Source: Hydrolagus colliei
Lineage: Eukaryota
DNA length: 64,000 nt
Direction: 5' to 3'
Assembly: GCA_035084275.1 (NCBI GenBank)
Contig: CM068759.1
Coordinates: forward strand, 1,054,001 to 1,118,000
The stretch's first letter is position 1, and each line of letters begins with the position of its first letter. The notes below the pieces were generated by a model that was not told where the DNA came from, ran no database searches, and saw only the letters and a program-made list of their open reading frames with translations. The translations under genes were made by a program, and so were the position numbers. Below are positions 44,601 through 59,300 of this stretch, in pieces.

Positions 44601-47600
44601 AAGCTGTAAACCACAAACAGCTGTTGTGGTAATGGTTCTCCCGCCCGTGCAATGGGGGTCAGGGAGTTCCAAGGTTTTAACTGCAACCACGATAATAATA
44701 TAAGAATAATACAGTAATAATAAACCTTGTATTTGATATAGCGGCTTTTCACGTCTTCTAGAGGTCTCAAAGCGCTTCGCAGAATATACTGTAAACTGAA
44801 TTGACTGTATATTAATGGGCGAAATGCGGCATTCAGTTGCGCACAGCAGCGTCCCCCACAAACAGTCGTGGATTGAAAATGACCAATTTTATTATTGTGT
44901 TTTTTTTTTGGAGGGAATATTATTAGGCGCGTGTGTGTGTGTGTGTGGAGTAAGGAAACTTGCCCAAGGTTTCGCCCTGACCTGACCTGCCTGGATTCGA
45001 AACACAGGTCTCATGCTTGTAAGGCGAGCGCTCTAACCCACTGAGCTACAGGAGCTCCTACTCGAATTGTTCTGGAGGGGTGAGAAGTTGTAAACATTTT
45101 ACTTTCAATGATAATTTTTTTGTATTCCTGCACTGGCCAGGAACACTCTTGCTTCACTGTTAGTAATCGGCCGAGAGTTTGGAATGTAGGGGGAAATGGC
45201 CTTAACGTGAAACGCAATTAATAAAGTCAACCCTGTCAGACAGGTTACAACCTATTGGTTGAAATGGTACACTTAGTGGAAGAATTCAGCTAGCGAGTTG
45301 CTAAATAGCGACTTAGAGACAGCCAAGGAACGATATTTCCTTCTTTCCTCTGCTCACATTTTCTTTTCATGACTGGAGTTCCTGTAGGAAGGGAGTGGCT
45401 GCGAGTAAATCTGTGTGAAAATGCCACAAACCCATGTTAACCATACACTCAATTCAATTGAAGAATTGAAGCCTTTGGAAGCCTAGAAATACACTGGACT
45501 GGGCGGAATCAAAATACATCCTTCAAAGAGACGTTTCGATGGACACTTTCAACGCATGTTTACATCCTCATTACTGAGGGACTTTGCAAGTGATGGTCTG
45601 TTCATTTGAATGTACATTCGGGCTGAACACTGATGGAGGCAAAATAAATCTAATGTTCTTTAACTGATGTTCTTTGATCCATACGGTGCCTTCTTTCACC
45701 GGAAGTTTAAATACTTCCTTTATGCAATCTGTAATTTTCATAGTTATTTTACAGTGAACTTTTGGGAGGTTGAGCAAAAGAGTGTGTGTGCTTTGTAACT
45801 CCGGTGAAAAGTGTTACCATTGTGGGTTTCCTCTAGAGTAACTGGCACACAAGACTACATTCTATAAGGTCCGATTCAGTCTATATGCTATACATAGACT
45901 AGAGTGCAATGGGCGGAGGAGGGTTGGTGGAAGTTGAGAAATGCATTGGTCTAAAGATTCACTGTTAAATTTTACCATAAAAGTTGTCCTTTTTTTTTTA
46001 TCATCCATTCCTGACATGAGATTCCGGTTGACTAACCTTCTCTTTCGTTCAGCTATTCTTTTTTTTTATATAAAAAAAAAGATTTTAAAAAAAAGAAATA
46101 ATCACGAAGCATGATGTAACCTCACTCTATTCATTGCACGCAAATTAGAAAACATCAGGACTATTTTTCCCCCGTTGTGAAAACGATCAAATTTCACATC
46201 GTGCGCACATAATGGGAAAATCCATTAATCTCATTACTGTACTTAGGTCCGGTGCCAAATTCAGTAATCATCCCAACGGGGGGAAGTAATTTAAATGTGT
46301 ATATTTGAACATTTCGGATTAAATTTACCATTTCGAGGATTAAAGGGTAAAATTTCTTTAAATTTTGCTAAAGACATTCCCAAATTTCTGTGACCCAATT
46401 GAATGGTCCTTGAACTAAACATTATTCAGTAACAGTACAATGTGCATTGTGTGTGTGTGTGTGTGTGTGTGTTTGTGTGCGTGTGTATATGTGTGTGCTT
46501 TGCAGTCTCAAAGCTCAACTCGGTAAAGACTTTGGCTTCCCAGCAATCTGGAAACCCTCTGGAGCTGTCACATTTGAGGCAGTAAATTCAGACATGAATA
46601 GTGCAGTTGTCTTGCTAATCCGCCTCTTTTTTGAAGGTGCCAATTGCTAAAATAATATGCTGTGCCTATTGCTATGCTCTTAATCACTTTGAACTCACTG
46701 ATGAAAATCTTTGTTAGATGAGTATAAAATGTAGAATATAAGTTTTTTTTAAGGAACTATTGCGTTTTTGCTCTCTTTGCCCTCCCTAAAGTGTTTTGCC
46801 CTCCCTTAACAGGATTAATCTTTTAAACTCTGGCTGTAAAATGGCGTGTTTGCAGAAAGTAATCTGTTCTAATTCTCTAAATCTGCTGACTTTAATCTAA
46901 ATTTTTCTTTGCCAATATCGCACTTTTCTGCATCAAGTTCATCTTGCGGAATATTCATTAAATCGAAACAATCTATGATCAAGAGAGAAAGCTGCTGGTC
47001 CTAAGGATTTCCATGTTGTATCCCTTAGCACTTTTGTATTGCTGCTGGCTGGGAATATTTTAGCATAAAACCAGTCAATAAAATAAGATCTGCATTTGGC
47101 TTGGAGCAAGCAATAGGCTTACCAAGTACTGTTTGTGATTAATACTATTTGGGATTAAGCCTGAGTGGATATTCCAAGGAAGGTGATGAGTTTCTGCATG
47201 TGTTAGACGCTCAAATGACAATAATTATTATTATTATAGTGCTTAAAACAGTTCAGCATTCGAGATTATTCTGTTCCTTTTTACAAACTGCTACTAACCT
47301 CTATAAGACTTTGGTGAGGCCTCAGCTGGAATACTGTGTTCAATTCTGGTCACCACACTACAGAAAGGATGTGAAGACATTGGAAAGGGTACAAAGAAGA
47401 TTTACTAGGATGGTGCCAGGATTGAAGGACTTCAGCTATGAGGAGAGGCTAGATAGGCTAGGGTTATTCTCTCTGGAGCAGAGAAGATTGAGGGGAGACC
47501 TAATAGAGGTTTATAAGATCATGAGGGGTTTCGACAGGGCAAATAGAGAAAAACTATTTCCACTCGTGGGCGAATCTGTGACTCGTGGTCACAGATTTAA

Positions 47601-50600
47601 AATAGTTTCAAGGCGAAGTAGAGGGGAGTTGAGGAGAATTTTTTTCACTCAGCGAGTTGTTCGAATCTGGAATGCATTGCCTGAAAAGGTGGTGGAGGCT
47701 GATTCGATAACAACTTTTAAAAGGGAATTAGATCTTTATTTAGGGAGAACATGTCTATTAGGCTATGGGGAGCGGGCAGGGCAGTGGGATTGAATCGCTC
47801 TTTTCAAAGAGCCGGCACAGACTAGATGGGCCGAATGGCCTCCTTTTGTGCCGTAAAATTCTATGAATCTATGAATCTAAATCTTTCAGTTACGGCGGGA
47901 AATCTGGTTGTGTGCTCACACGAACCCTCACTACCTTAATGGATGGAGAGGAATAAACTATTTTCAGAAGCTACAAATCTACTGTATATGACACATGATA
48001 TTTGTGAAAGTCTTATTGGGCTGCAGTAAACCAGCCGTAAGTAAACTGAACATAGAATAGTCCTGAACATGTTTGTGGGCAAGTTTGGACCCACGTTTGC
48101 TGAGGCAATAGGTTGGGCAAAACTTATTACTCACCATAAAATCCAATTCCATTTGTAGACCCAACAAACTTGAGCACCATTGTGCTAACAGTAAACAAAG
48201 GAATAACCAAATAGGTATATTTACTGTGTGACTCCCTTTCTCCCCTAAATGGAGAGGACTTTTTAACAGAAGAATATATAAAATAAAAAAAACTGACTTA
48301 CGCAACTCAAATTTCAGTGATTACTTCACTAAAGCAAACCTAGCAAATGTCATCCACAATTTTTGCATGGCAGACTATAAACTGTCTTTATCTTTTTTCC
48401 TTTCCATTCGCTCACCATCCTCTCCTCTCCTCTCCTGCCACCCATACATGCATATTTTAGATTTTTCACACGACCTTTACAATGCATTGGCCTTCTACTT
48501 AAGAGGCTCTAAGGTAATTCTTCCAGGATATTTTATGTCTCTGCCTTTTTCTGTTTGGATTCCAATACAACTGTCAGCCAGTTCAGATTTTGTCACTTAC
48601 ACATCTCCTCCTCACTCTCCTGAGTTAGAATTCCTACCTGATGAAGTATTTATTTGGACACGCACACAGAAAAAATAGCTGTTGGATTTCTTTTTTTTAT
48701 TGAACGTACTATTTTTGGGTGATCGAAACACAACCCCCTTTGAAGTTCGATAGAAATATATGAAAGATCAGATGCCATTCTTTTCTTCAGTCTTCACAGT
48801 TGAAGCGTGCGGACAGTATAAAGCATGTGTTCGGAGACAAAGTCCAGATGCTGGACTGGAGCCTACAATATGCATGCAATTATACATTACGAAAAGGTCA
48901 AGGAATTAGGGGCTGATTGATTAATTCATCAGTAACCAGCTTTCAGTGGGTCTGATTGTCTGCTGGTTAGTCATTTTATCAACCTTTTAGTGGTGTGAGG
49001 TTATATCTCTGTACAGGCAGTGATCTCCTGCAGTTCCACAGCCATCTGGTACCTTAGACAAGTCACAATTTCGCCCACAAGTATATAGTCAATTCACTTT
49101 ACAGGATATTCTGCGAAGCGCTTTGAGACACAGTCTCGAAGAGGTGAAAAGCGCTATATCAAATGCAAGGATTGTTATTACTGTATATTTAACAATTCTC
49201 CTAGCAAGCTTGGGTTGTGCTATTTCACCCTGGAAGACATCAAACCCATGCTTAGTACAGTCCTCGCTTTACATTTTTCTGCATTCACTTTCCTGCGTAA
49301 CAAGTGAAAACTTGACTTTGTAGTACTGTACATCAGAACGCTTGGTAATGCATTCGTACAGCCCTTTGTTATGTGGTGACTTGTTAACATTCTCCTGGAT
49401 CGTGTTTATTTATCATTCTTGAAATTTATTTTCGGGTGTCTTTTCTTTTGTGTTCATTGGTTATTTTCATTTCAGTTTCCTGCCGTAAGAATATAAAACT
49501 GCCACAATCTTTTATGTGCGAGATCCCTACAGCAATCTGCTGCTCTTGGGGGGGAAATGCTGTGTGTTTTTGTTTCTTTCTTTGGACCAAATGTGACATT
49601 AATGCCTCCCTGGACTGTTTAGACATTCGGTTTATTTGGCTGTACCATGGCTTAGTTCTGGGCTCTAAAGAGCTTAAACTAAATCAAATAACATGCAGCT
49701 TTCAACCCCCTCCCCACCAAACGTTTGCCAGAACATTTCAGGAAATCTCTTGAGGGCCTCTTAATGGCGCACAGCGATTGTGATTAAATACACACCTGGC
49801 GTGCCATTCCAACCACTCCGCGCAAGTTTAACAATCAACAAACGCTGATTGAAATTGGTTTTTAAGGAGCAGCTTTTCCAAACGCTTCCACATAAACAAA
49901 GTAGTCCACAAGAAGATCAAGCATAAAAATCTGTAAGAACATTAAGAATTTGCTGAGAGAAATAAGACCAAGGTCCATCTAGTTCCCCTTCCAACATTCT
50001 GGCAGTCGCTTGACGTGTTGTGACCCAAACTATCCACTGCACTGTATCCCCAGATATTATTTTCTAGCGGGTATTTACCTACAGTGGAGTCTTGTAGCTC
50101 AGGAGTTAGAGCACTCGCCTTGCAAGCAAGAGACCTAGGTTCAATTCCTGGCAGGGTGAAACCTTGGGCAAGTTTCCTTACTCCACGTGCCTGATGATAA
50201 TCCCTCAAGGGTAAAAAAGCAATAATAAATTGGTCACTTCAATCCAGGACTGTTTGTGGGGGGGATGCTGCTGTGCGCAATTGGCTGCCACGTTTCGCCC
50301 CCACAAATATAACAGTCGATTCACTTTACAGTTTCTGTGAAGCGCTTTGAGACATCTAGAAGACGCAAAAAGCGCTACATCAAACGCAAGGGTTATTAGG
50401 GTTGTTATTGCTTATCTAATTTGTTCTTGAAACAAGCTTAGTATTCTTCAAGCATTCCAATATACTATAGAGTAAAATTGTGTTGTTAGTATCAGGATGG
50501 CCTTTGGTATGCACCGGAATGAGAGTCTACAGTTATGGAGTTACAGTGAAAAATCCTTCTACTTCGCTCACTTCCATTTGTTTAACAGCGGGCAATCCCA

Positions 50601-53600
50601 GCTAACCAGAGGTGCGGGGAATGACTCTGCATGTAGCCTGACAGTTTTCAGGGCTGAACTTCCAAGTTTTTTTTTCAAAAAAACCCCCTCTAAAATAATA
50701 AAATCTGAAGCCGGAGAGGTATTTGTTTCTGTAGTTCTGCTTGAGTTCTGCTCTGATAAGAAAAGAGAGCTGCTATAATTTACTTTTTCAATTAGCGTCC
50801 GACTGTGCAAAAACGCTTTGATTTGCGAGCGTGAATATTTAGTATCGGTTTGAAAGTCGGGGCAGTGTGTATAATTGAGAGTGATTATGACAGTTAATGT
50901 GCCCCATGAACTGTCACACATTCAGCCCGATGGCTCCAGAATTCCCTTTTCCATGAGTTGCACAGAACAGTCACGTAGGTTTGAATCAACCGATCTCCCA
51001 ACTTGTCACTGAAGCAAAAAGCACTGATTTGAGAGAAAATCCTGAATGACTTTTATGTTTTTAACGCTTTCTTATTCATCTTTAGTCCCCGGCCAGTTTA
51101 TAAGTCAAGGGAGCATTTGTCTTTGAGGGGCATTTTGAAATGTCGATCACTTGCCTTTGGTTATTCATTCTGAAAATCTCCTTTGTTGATGAGGATATAT
51201 AATAATAATAATAATCCCTGATGATAAACTTTGTTGATGACGACTTGAAGGGCGAAACGCGGCAGCCAATTGCGCACAGCAGTGTCCCAAAAACAGTCGT
51301 GGATTGAAATGACCAATTTTATTATTGGGTTTTTTTTTAGAGGGATTATTATTAAGCGTAGAGAGCTTCCAATGTTTAATGGAGTACTGTAGCGCAAAGG
51401 TTAGAGCACTCGCCTAACAAGAGTGAGACCTGTGTTCGAATCCAGGCAGGTCAGGGCGAAACCTNNNNNNNNNNNNNNNNNNNNNNNNNNNNNNNNNNNN
51501 NNNNNNNNNNNNNNNNNNNNNNNNNNNNNNNNNNNNNNNNNNNNNNNNNNNNNNNNNNNNNNNNNNNNNNNNNNNNNNNNNNNNNNNNNNNNNNNNNNNN
51601 NNNNNNNNNNNNNNNNNNNNNNNNNNNNNNNNNNNNNNNNNNNNNNNNNNNNNNNNNNNNTCCCAAAAAAAACAAAATAATAAAATTGGTAATTTTAATC
51701 CAAGACTGTTTGTGGGGGGGACACTGCTGTGTGCAATTGGCTGCCGCGTTTCGCCCACAATTACCCACAGTCAGTTCACTTTACAGTGTATTCTGTGAAG
51801 TGCTTTGAGATGCCTAGAGGATGTGAAAAGCACGATATCAAATGCAAGGATTATTATTATTATTTTTATTACTCATCTGCAACAGCAAATTAAAGAGGAA
51901 TTCAATGCTCTATTCTCTGCATTAGAGGATTTATTTACTTTGAGGTATTGACTTTAACAGTAACTTTTCAGACCCACATTTTTTCGTTCACCATGCGTGT
52001 GTTTTTTTTTTAAAAAAGCATATTGTCTAATAATCCCCAAACAGTTGTAATTCTGTCCTTCTGCGTGCAAAAGTACACTCTGTCTCTGCCAAAATATGTG
52101 ATTGTGGAAAACAAACCTCGGTCATCCCACTGTATAGTCTCTCTGGGTGGCAGCAAGTGTAATTTTGAAATAGGATGTTTTTTTTCTCTGCCAAGGTTGA
52201 TGTGCTCTGTGGGTGTGTGTACGTTGCCATATTTGTTAGGCTTCCCTCATTGTTTGTTGGCTGGTAGATTCCTTGTCGTGGAAGAAGAAAAAATGAGATT
52301 TAATTCCCCCAAATGCATAGGATCTGCTCTGTAAAGCACATGACTGTTTGGCCCTTTCCTTCGGATTCTGTAGCTCGGTGGTTGGTCGCCTTATAAAAAT
52401 GTGAGACCTGTGTTCGAATCCAGGCAGATCAGGGCGAAACCTTGGGCAACTTTCCTTGCTCCACATGCCACGTAATAATAATCCCTCCAAGAAAAATTGG
52501 TCATTTCAATCCACGATTGTTTGTGGGGATGCTGCTGTGCGCAATTGGCTGCCGCGTTCAGCCCACAAATATACAGCCAATTCATAATTCACCCTTGTTT
52601 GGGTATTAAATCTCCCAGAAGAAAACTCTATTCAGAATTAAAGAAGAAAATCTGGGTTGAAACTGATCACAGTACAATACTCCTTCTCTGTCTGAGGTCA
52701 CAGCAACACACGCTTGAGAAACGGAGTAAGAAACTTCACTTTTCCAGACCATTACATTGTGGTTAAATATTTTTTTTAATGATATTTCTCTGCTTGTTTA
52801 GGTCAATGATGTCCGTCATGTTTCTCTGTGTTTGAACTGTGAATATCTGATGCAGAGTCAATTCGCTTTACAATATATTCTGCGAAGTGCTTTGAAACAT
52901 CCAGAAGACGTGATAAGGCGCTATATGAAATGCAATATTATCATGATTATTATTAATCGGGCATTTCATTTCTGCTGTTGTACAGGCTCCTGAACAATAA
53001 CCAGATTAAAAGGATTCCTCGGCGGGTGTTTGAAGATCTACAAAACCTGAAATATCTGTGAGTTTGCAACTCGGATTGATAGCGGATCGAGACAGCGATT
53101 CTCACGTTGTCCGCTGTCGGATACAACAACAAAATTACACTTGTATATACAGTGCCTTTCACATCCCAAGGCGCTGGGCAGTCAATGTTTCAGACCCGAG
53201 CTGAGGACGGGGAGGGGAGGGTGGAGAGAAAGTGGGGGATTTGGGGCGACTGGTGGGAGCGTTAAAGAGGAGGGTCTTGAGGGGGGAACTGAGTCTTTCA
53301 CTGGTAAACCAATGACTGTTATTGGATTTACGTTTGTGTCAGGTTTCTCTTCAAAATATCAAGTTGCAAGTCGGGTGGTACATGAAGCATTTATTCCTCT
53401 GTACAGTAATACGATGCGTGTGGGAAGATTGCACAGAAGCAGGGGAAAATGGCATTGAATTTAGTGAGCAAGTGACTGTTAACGCCTGTGTTTGTCACAC
53501 ATGGGGACCAATGTAAAACTGTGACTGCGACACATACTCATAATAATAAGTACTGTGCTTACTTTACAAATCAGTGAACTGATAATGCGACAGTAAGGTA

Positions 53601-54973
53601 TTAAACAAAGCGATTACACAATGAGTTACTCGCTTACTTGCGAGTTTTTATTATTTTTTTGAAGGTACCTTTACAAGAATGAAATTCAAACCATTCAGAA
53701 ACAAGTCTTTCGGGGGCTGGTTTCTTTGGAACAACTGTAAGTTTACAAGCTATTTTTATCTATCGTATAAAAATGTATACACGTATCATTGATCATTTTT
53801 AATGACAAAAGGTTTTAACGTAACCATTTTCAGCATTTGATCATTTGTTAATGTACCCCAAACATAAATGGTTTTACTTAAACTAACAACCTGGTTAGAA
53901 TATTATTTATTTCACTCTTTCGTGTTGCAGCACTGATGCGATTGTAGTTAAAGTACTTCATGTCTGATGTATTCAGTAGATATCTGAAATCAATCCAATA
54001 TACGTACTACGTCCAAATGTTGCCGAAATGTCTGATTAGTGTAAAATCCCTTGAAGGTGTAAGTTTGAAGTCTTAAACACAGTGGGGATTTTCTGACGCA
54101 CTCTTTTGAAAGCTCATCGGTTTCTGTCTTCTTCTCTCTCCCCTCCCTCTCAGGTATCTTCACTTCAATAATATAGAAATACTGGAATCAGAAACATTTA
54201 GCGACCTGCCGAAGCTCGAAAGATTGTGAGTACACATTTTGCCGCGGATCGTTCTATTCAATTGCTTTATTGTTTTCTGCCAGTTATTTGCAAGACCTGT
54301 TTTCTATGTTGGATATATCGCCCACTGTTCTCTGTGTGACTGTTTTGTGGAGCACTAATAACAAGTCCCAACTTCTACACGAATGACTGCAGCAGAATTT
54401 AAGGTTAACCTAGAAGTCGAACAATTTATGTCATCACTAAGACTAGACGTTAAATGAATAAACTCATACGACACATGATCTTACTGAAGATAGTGATATC
54501 TATATTTATGTCATGTTAATTCCACAGCGGCGGAATTGTGTTGCTTATTCAGAAATGGTAGTGATTTGCTGAAAGATGTATGAATTATAACGAGTCCACA
54601 GTACCCTGTAAATGAGTCAGTGGTTCATCAAAGGGCTTCCCCCCCCAGCCCCCTTCCCCCCCACCCACTTGTATTTTCCATTCAGAGCATTTCTTCCTTC
54701 AAATGAACTGCATTGTGTGTTTTTTTCTACCTAACCTTTTCTTTTCAACTTTTCAGATTCTTACATAACAATCGGCTGTCGAGAATACATCCCGGGACGT
54801 TCTATCAGCTGGAATCACTGAAAAGACTGTAAGTGATGGAGCTCTTGTAGCTCAGCGGTTCGAGCGCTCATTCGCCTTACAAGTATTTGAATCCAGGCAG
54901 GTCAGTCAGGGCAAAACCTTGGGCAAGTTTCCTTACTCCACACATAAACACACACACACACACACACACACTC

Positions 54974-55005
<32 letters not shown>

Positions 55006-56336
55006 ACAAACACAGACACATTCAGTTCACTTTACAGTATATTCTGTGAAGCGCTTCAAGACGGCGATAAGAAGTGAAAAGCCGCTATATCACAATGCAA
55101 GGATTATTATTACATATTATGTTTCAATTTTTTGTGGTAGTGAATATCTGCGGGAAGTCGGGACAGTCTGCGCAGGAAACCAGGCGACGGCTGCGTTTTT
55201 AATCCGAACGACCCGTTCTGCGCGGGGGAAGGGCAGTTAAGCGCAAGAAGTTTATTCGCTCTCGGATCCCGATGAATTTATTATCATACCTTTTGGGTGG
55301 TGTTTGTTTGTTTGTTTGTTTGTTTGTTTGCTTGGTTTTTTCTTTCAAGGCGCCTGGACTCCAATACGCTGATCTGTGACTGCGAGTTGATGTGGCTGGC
55401 AGAACTGCTGAAGAAATACGCCGAGCACGGCAATGCGCAGACCGCAGCCACCTGCGAACATCCCAGGAGACTTCAGGGCCGATCGGTGACCACAGTAACC
55501 ACACAGGAGTTCAACTGCGGTAAAAGTCGATTTATTGTTCCTGAATAGTTCGCGCTGTACAGTAGCACAGTCCTGTTATTTTTTGTAAGGGGAGTGGTGT
55601 TATTCCTCCCCCAAGGCTCGCACTTTCCTGTGTCCTTTGGTTCTTAGAATGCGATTCTTCTTTCACGAGTGTGTGTTGCAATCGCGCGAAATCTAAACCG
55701 CGCTCCGAAGATCGGTGGCTTTTCGTGTCGATTCTACGTGAAGGCGGCATTCGAAACCGTGTTAACTCTGCTGTGCAAATCGAGCATTCGCTTGATTTGT
55801 TACTGTGCGATACAAATATCACATTTGCATGTCGCCTTTCACGTCGGGAGGACGTCCCCAAGGCCCTGGTTTCAAATTGGCTTTGATTTTATGTACGTGT
55901 CGCTGAGAGGTTTGCTTTCAGATATCAAAGAGCCCTCTGAAAACTCCTCCTCCTGTTACATTCGCACAATGCCTCTGATGTTGCTTCTGCTTCGGAGTAA
56001 ACCTTGTCTTCTGGTGAAAAATCTCCTTCCCTCGCAGAAAGACCGCGGATCACATCCGAGCCTCAGGATGTGGACGTCACTCTGGGAAACACAGTTTATT
56101 TCACCTGCAGGGCAGAGGGCAACCCCAAACCCAACATCATCTGGCTTCACAACAAGTGAGTTGTTGGGAGCGAGAACGCGACGGCTGAAACGCGTAAAAG
56201 TGTGCAGTCAGTGGGTGACTATGGTGGAGCTACTGAAGCTCAGTGGTCAGAGCACTCGCTTTACAAGCGCGAGAGACCTGTGTTCGAATCTAGGCAGGTC
56301 AGGTCAGGGCGAAAGCTTGGGCAAGTTTCCTTACTC

Positions 56337-56373
<37 letters not shown>

Positions 56374-59300
56374 GCCTAATAATAATCCATCCAAAAAAAC
56401 ACAACAATTAAAAGTGTTAATTTTCAGTCTACGACTTATATAGCACCTTTCACATCTTCTAGACGTCTCAAAGCGCTTCACAGAATATACTGTTAAGTGA
56501 TTTGACTGCATATTTGTGGGCAAAACGCGGCAGCCATTTGCATACAGCAGTGTCCCTCAAACAGTTGTGAATTGAGTGACCAAATTATTCTTAATTTTTG
56601 GGGGGAAGGATTATTATTAGGCGCGTGGAGGAAGGAAACTTGCCTAAAGTTTTGCCCTACCGGGGAATTGCACGCAGGTCTCTCACTTGCAAGGTGAGTG
56701 AACCATCAGTGAGAGATTGGACATGCCGCTAATCTTTCCCATTCCAAGTTGCCCGTGGAAATCAGAATCCAGATTGCCATCCAACCAGAATGTTACCGGG
56801 TCGGGCTGTGATAATTCGCCAGCTATAATAATAAATAATAATCCTTGCATTTGATTTGGCGCTTTTCACATCTTATCGACTTCTCAAATCGCTTCACAGA
56901 ATATACTGTAAAGTGAATTGACTGTATAATTGTGGGCGAAACGCGGCAGCCAATTGCGCACAGCAGCGTCCCCCCCCCCCACAAACAGTCGTGGATTGAA
57001 ATGACCAATTTTATTATTGTGTTTTTTTTTGGAGGGATTATTATTAGGCGCGTGCGTGGAGTAAGGAAACTTGCCCACGGTTTCGCCCTGACCTGCCTGG
57101 ATTCGAACACAGGTCTCAACTTTGTAAGGCGAATGCTCTAACCACTGAGCTACAGGAGCTACACGCTTCAGTGACTGACGCAGCTCAGGATCCCATTGTG
57201 GATCTTGCCTCTTTGTGCCTCATGTTTGACCAATGGCATTCTTTAATTTATCATGTAACGCGCTGTGTAGCACACATAAAACAACCAAACCCGATTCTGG
57301 ATTTGTCCAGCGTTGCTCTTATACGCAACAGGGGCGCGTTAGAACCCGAAGCTCATTGTCTGTTTGCGCTCCTCAGCAACGAGATAGACATGACAGACGA
57401 CAACCGTGTCAACCTACTGGAGGATGGGACGCTCAGGATTCAGGACATCAAGGAGTCTGACCAGGGCGCCTACCAATGCACGGCTAAAAACGTGGCCGGG
57501 GAGGTCAAAACCAACGAAGTCATTCTCCGCTATTTCGGGACACCAGGTGGGAACGAGCGTACTCGCGCACGCCCTCTATAACCTTCACCTTATTTGGTTT
57601 GACTGTTTTTTTCACCGTCTCCCCCGTGCCTCTGAAATCAAACACCAATCAATCGAACAAGTGTTTTAATATCGGGGGCGGCTGCCGTGCGAAGGGTCCT
57701 CGGCCTTTGCCGTGTAAACCTAACTCGTGGTTTGGCTGGAGAGATGGCATTCCTTCGCTCGGACTTCTTCAGTGAAGAAGCGCGAGCGAGTGTTATTTCC
57801 GGGCCCGCGCGGCGTCACTCTGGCTGAAGTCGTGTTGGCGTGATCGATGAAATGGCATCTTTTAGGAAGAATGAAACGTTTTTGGGGGGTTTGTTTTTGG
57901 TTGCGAATGTGAGGTCGCCTCGAACTTGTGTCCGCGGCGTTTTCGTTCAGCTAGGCTTTTTAACTTTTTCCCGTGGGAAGGAATTCATTTCACCGTTAAA
58001 ACAAATGGGAGAAATCCGTTTTCCGCAATCTGTTTACAGTGCAAGAAAAATTAATCCAGGCTACTAAAGTAGATTTGCTACTTTTTCTCTCTGTATTTTC
58101 CAGCCAAACCTATTTTTGTCATTCAGCCACAGAACACAGAGGTATTGGTAGGGGAGAGTGTTACACTTGAATGCGGTGTCTCAGGGCATCCACAGCCTCG
58201 CATAATCTGGACTAAAGGGAACGGAAACCTCCTCCCTGATGAACCCAGGTACACCATCACTCCTTCGGGTGGCCTCTACATGCTAAATGTCACCTTTCAA
58301 GATCAGGGACAGTTCAACTGTAACGCCAGCAACACCGAAGGCTCCATTCAAGCCGTGGCCCACATCATTGTACAAGGTACTCAACAGGACTGACTGTAAC
58401 TCGTTTCCCGTTAACGCCGTTAATAGGTATTTTTTAAAAAGAGCAGACAGTACGTTGGTTTTGGACACTTACCTACGTTCCAATCCAAAGTACCGTACTC
58501 TTCTTGTCGCTTAATTACTACTGCATGCCACACCGATCCGTATCAAACTCACAGTAAAGAAATCTGACAAGTCATGTAGGCTGTTAAGGTGAAATAATAT
58601 CTTTAGCAAAACAAAAAACGATTTCAATAAAATCCTGGCAAATAAAAGGAAAGACAGCAGCGATGAACTTCAGCTCTCGAGACAAGTGATTGCGAAAACG
58701 ATTGTGGGATGGCTTTAGCCGACGCCTGAAAAATTATCGTGAAACGAGTTTGATAAAAATGCAGATAATCCTATCGTTTGATGGAATAATCCTCAAATTG
58801 ATGGAGCTCCTTTTCACGTTCAAAACATGTAAAGCTGCTGTCCTTCAGAGAGGCTATTTTTTTTCTCTCTCTCTCTCTGTGAAGTGTAGTGACTGTGTAT
58901 TCGTAGACAAACCTATGTGAAGTCTGTCTTTTTAAATAGCAAACTAGTGTGGCTTCACTTCTCACACATGTAGCTGTTTAAGGTTTAAAGCCTGTTTAGT
59001 GTTTGATCTCATTTGCTCCAGAGTGTGTGATGATGAGCTTCGTAAACAGTAATCCGCAGCATAAGGCAATCAGTCTCTGAGAAACAACAAATAGGTTAAA
59101 ATTGGGGGCCGGGGGCTTCCAACAGAAGTGTATGATTCGCAGTGACTTTTCACACACCTTTAACCCATTGAGGCACATATAAAAGGGAATGAATGATGCT
59201 AATGGAATAGTGGTTTTCCCATCAGTCTCACTCCATTAACATCTATCGCCACCGAACAAATGCGGGACTGAAATTCCGAGAGAGAGAGAAAATAAAATGC

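Noticed and set aside
47149-47793. 214-aa ORF as a host gene
   Set aside because: It is a CR1 ORF2 C-terminal fragment fused to chance upstream codons.
56823-57141. Recurrent small ORFs ([28 protein letters not shown]) as a peptide gene family
   Set aside because: They are translations of SINE copies in varying frames.
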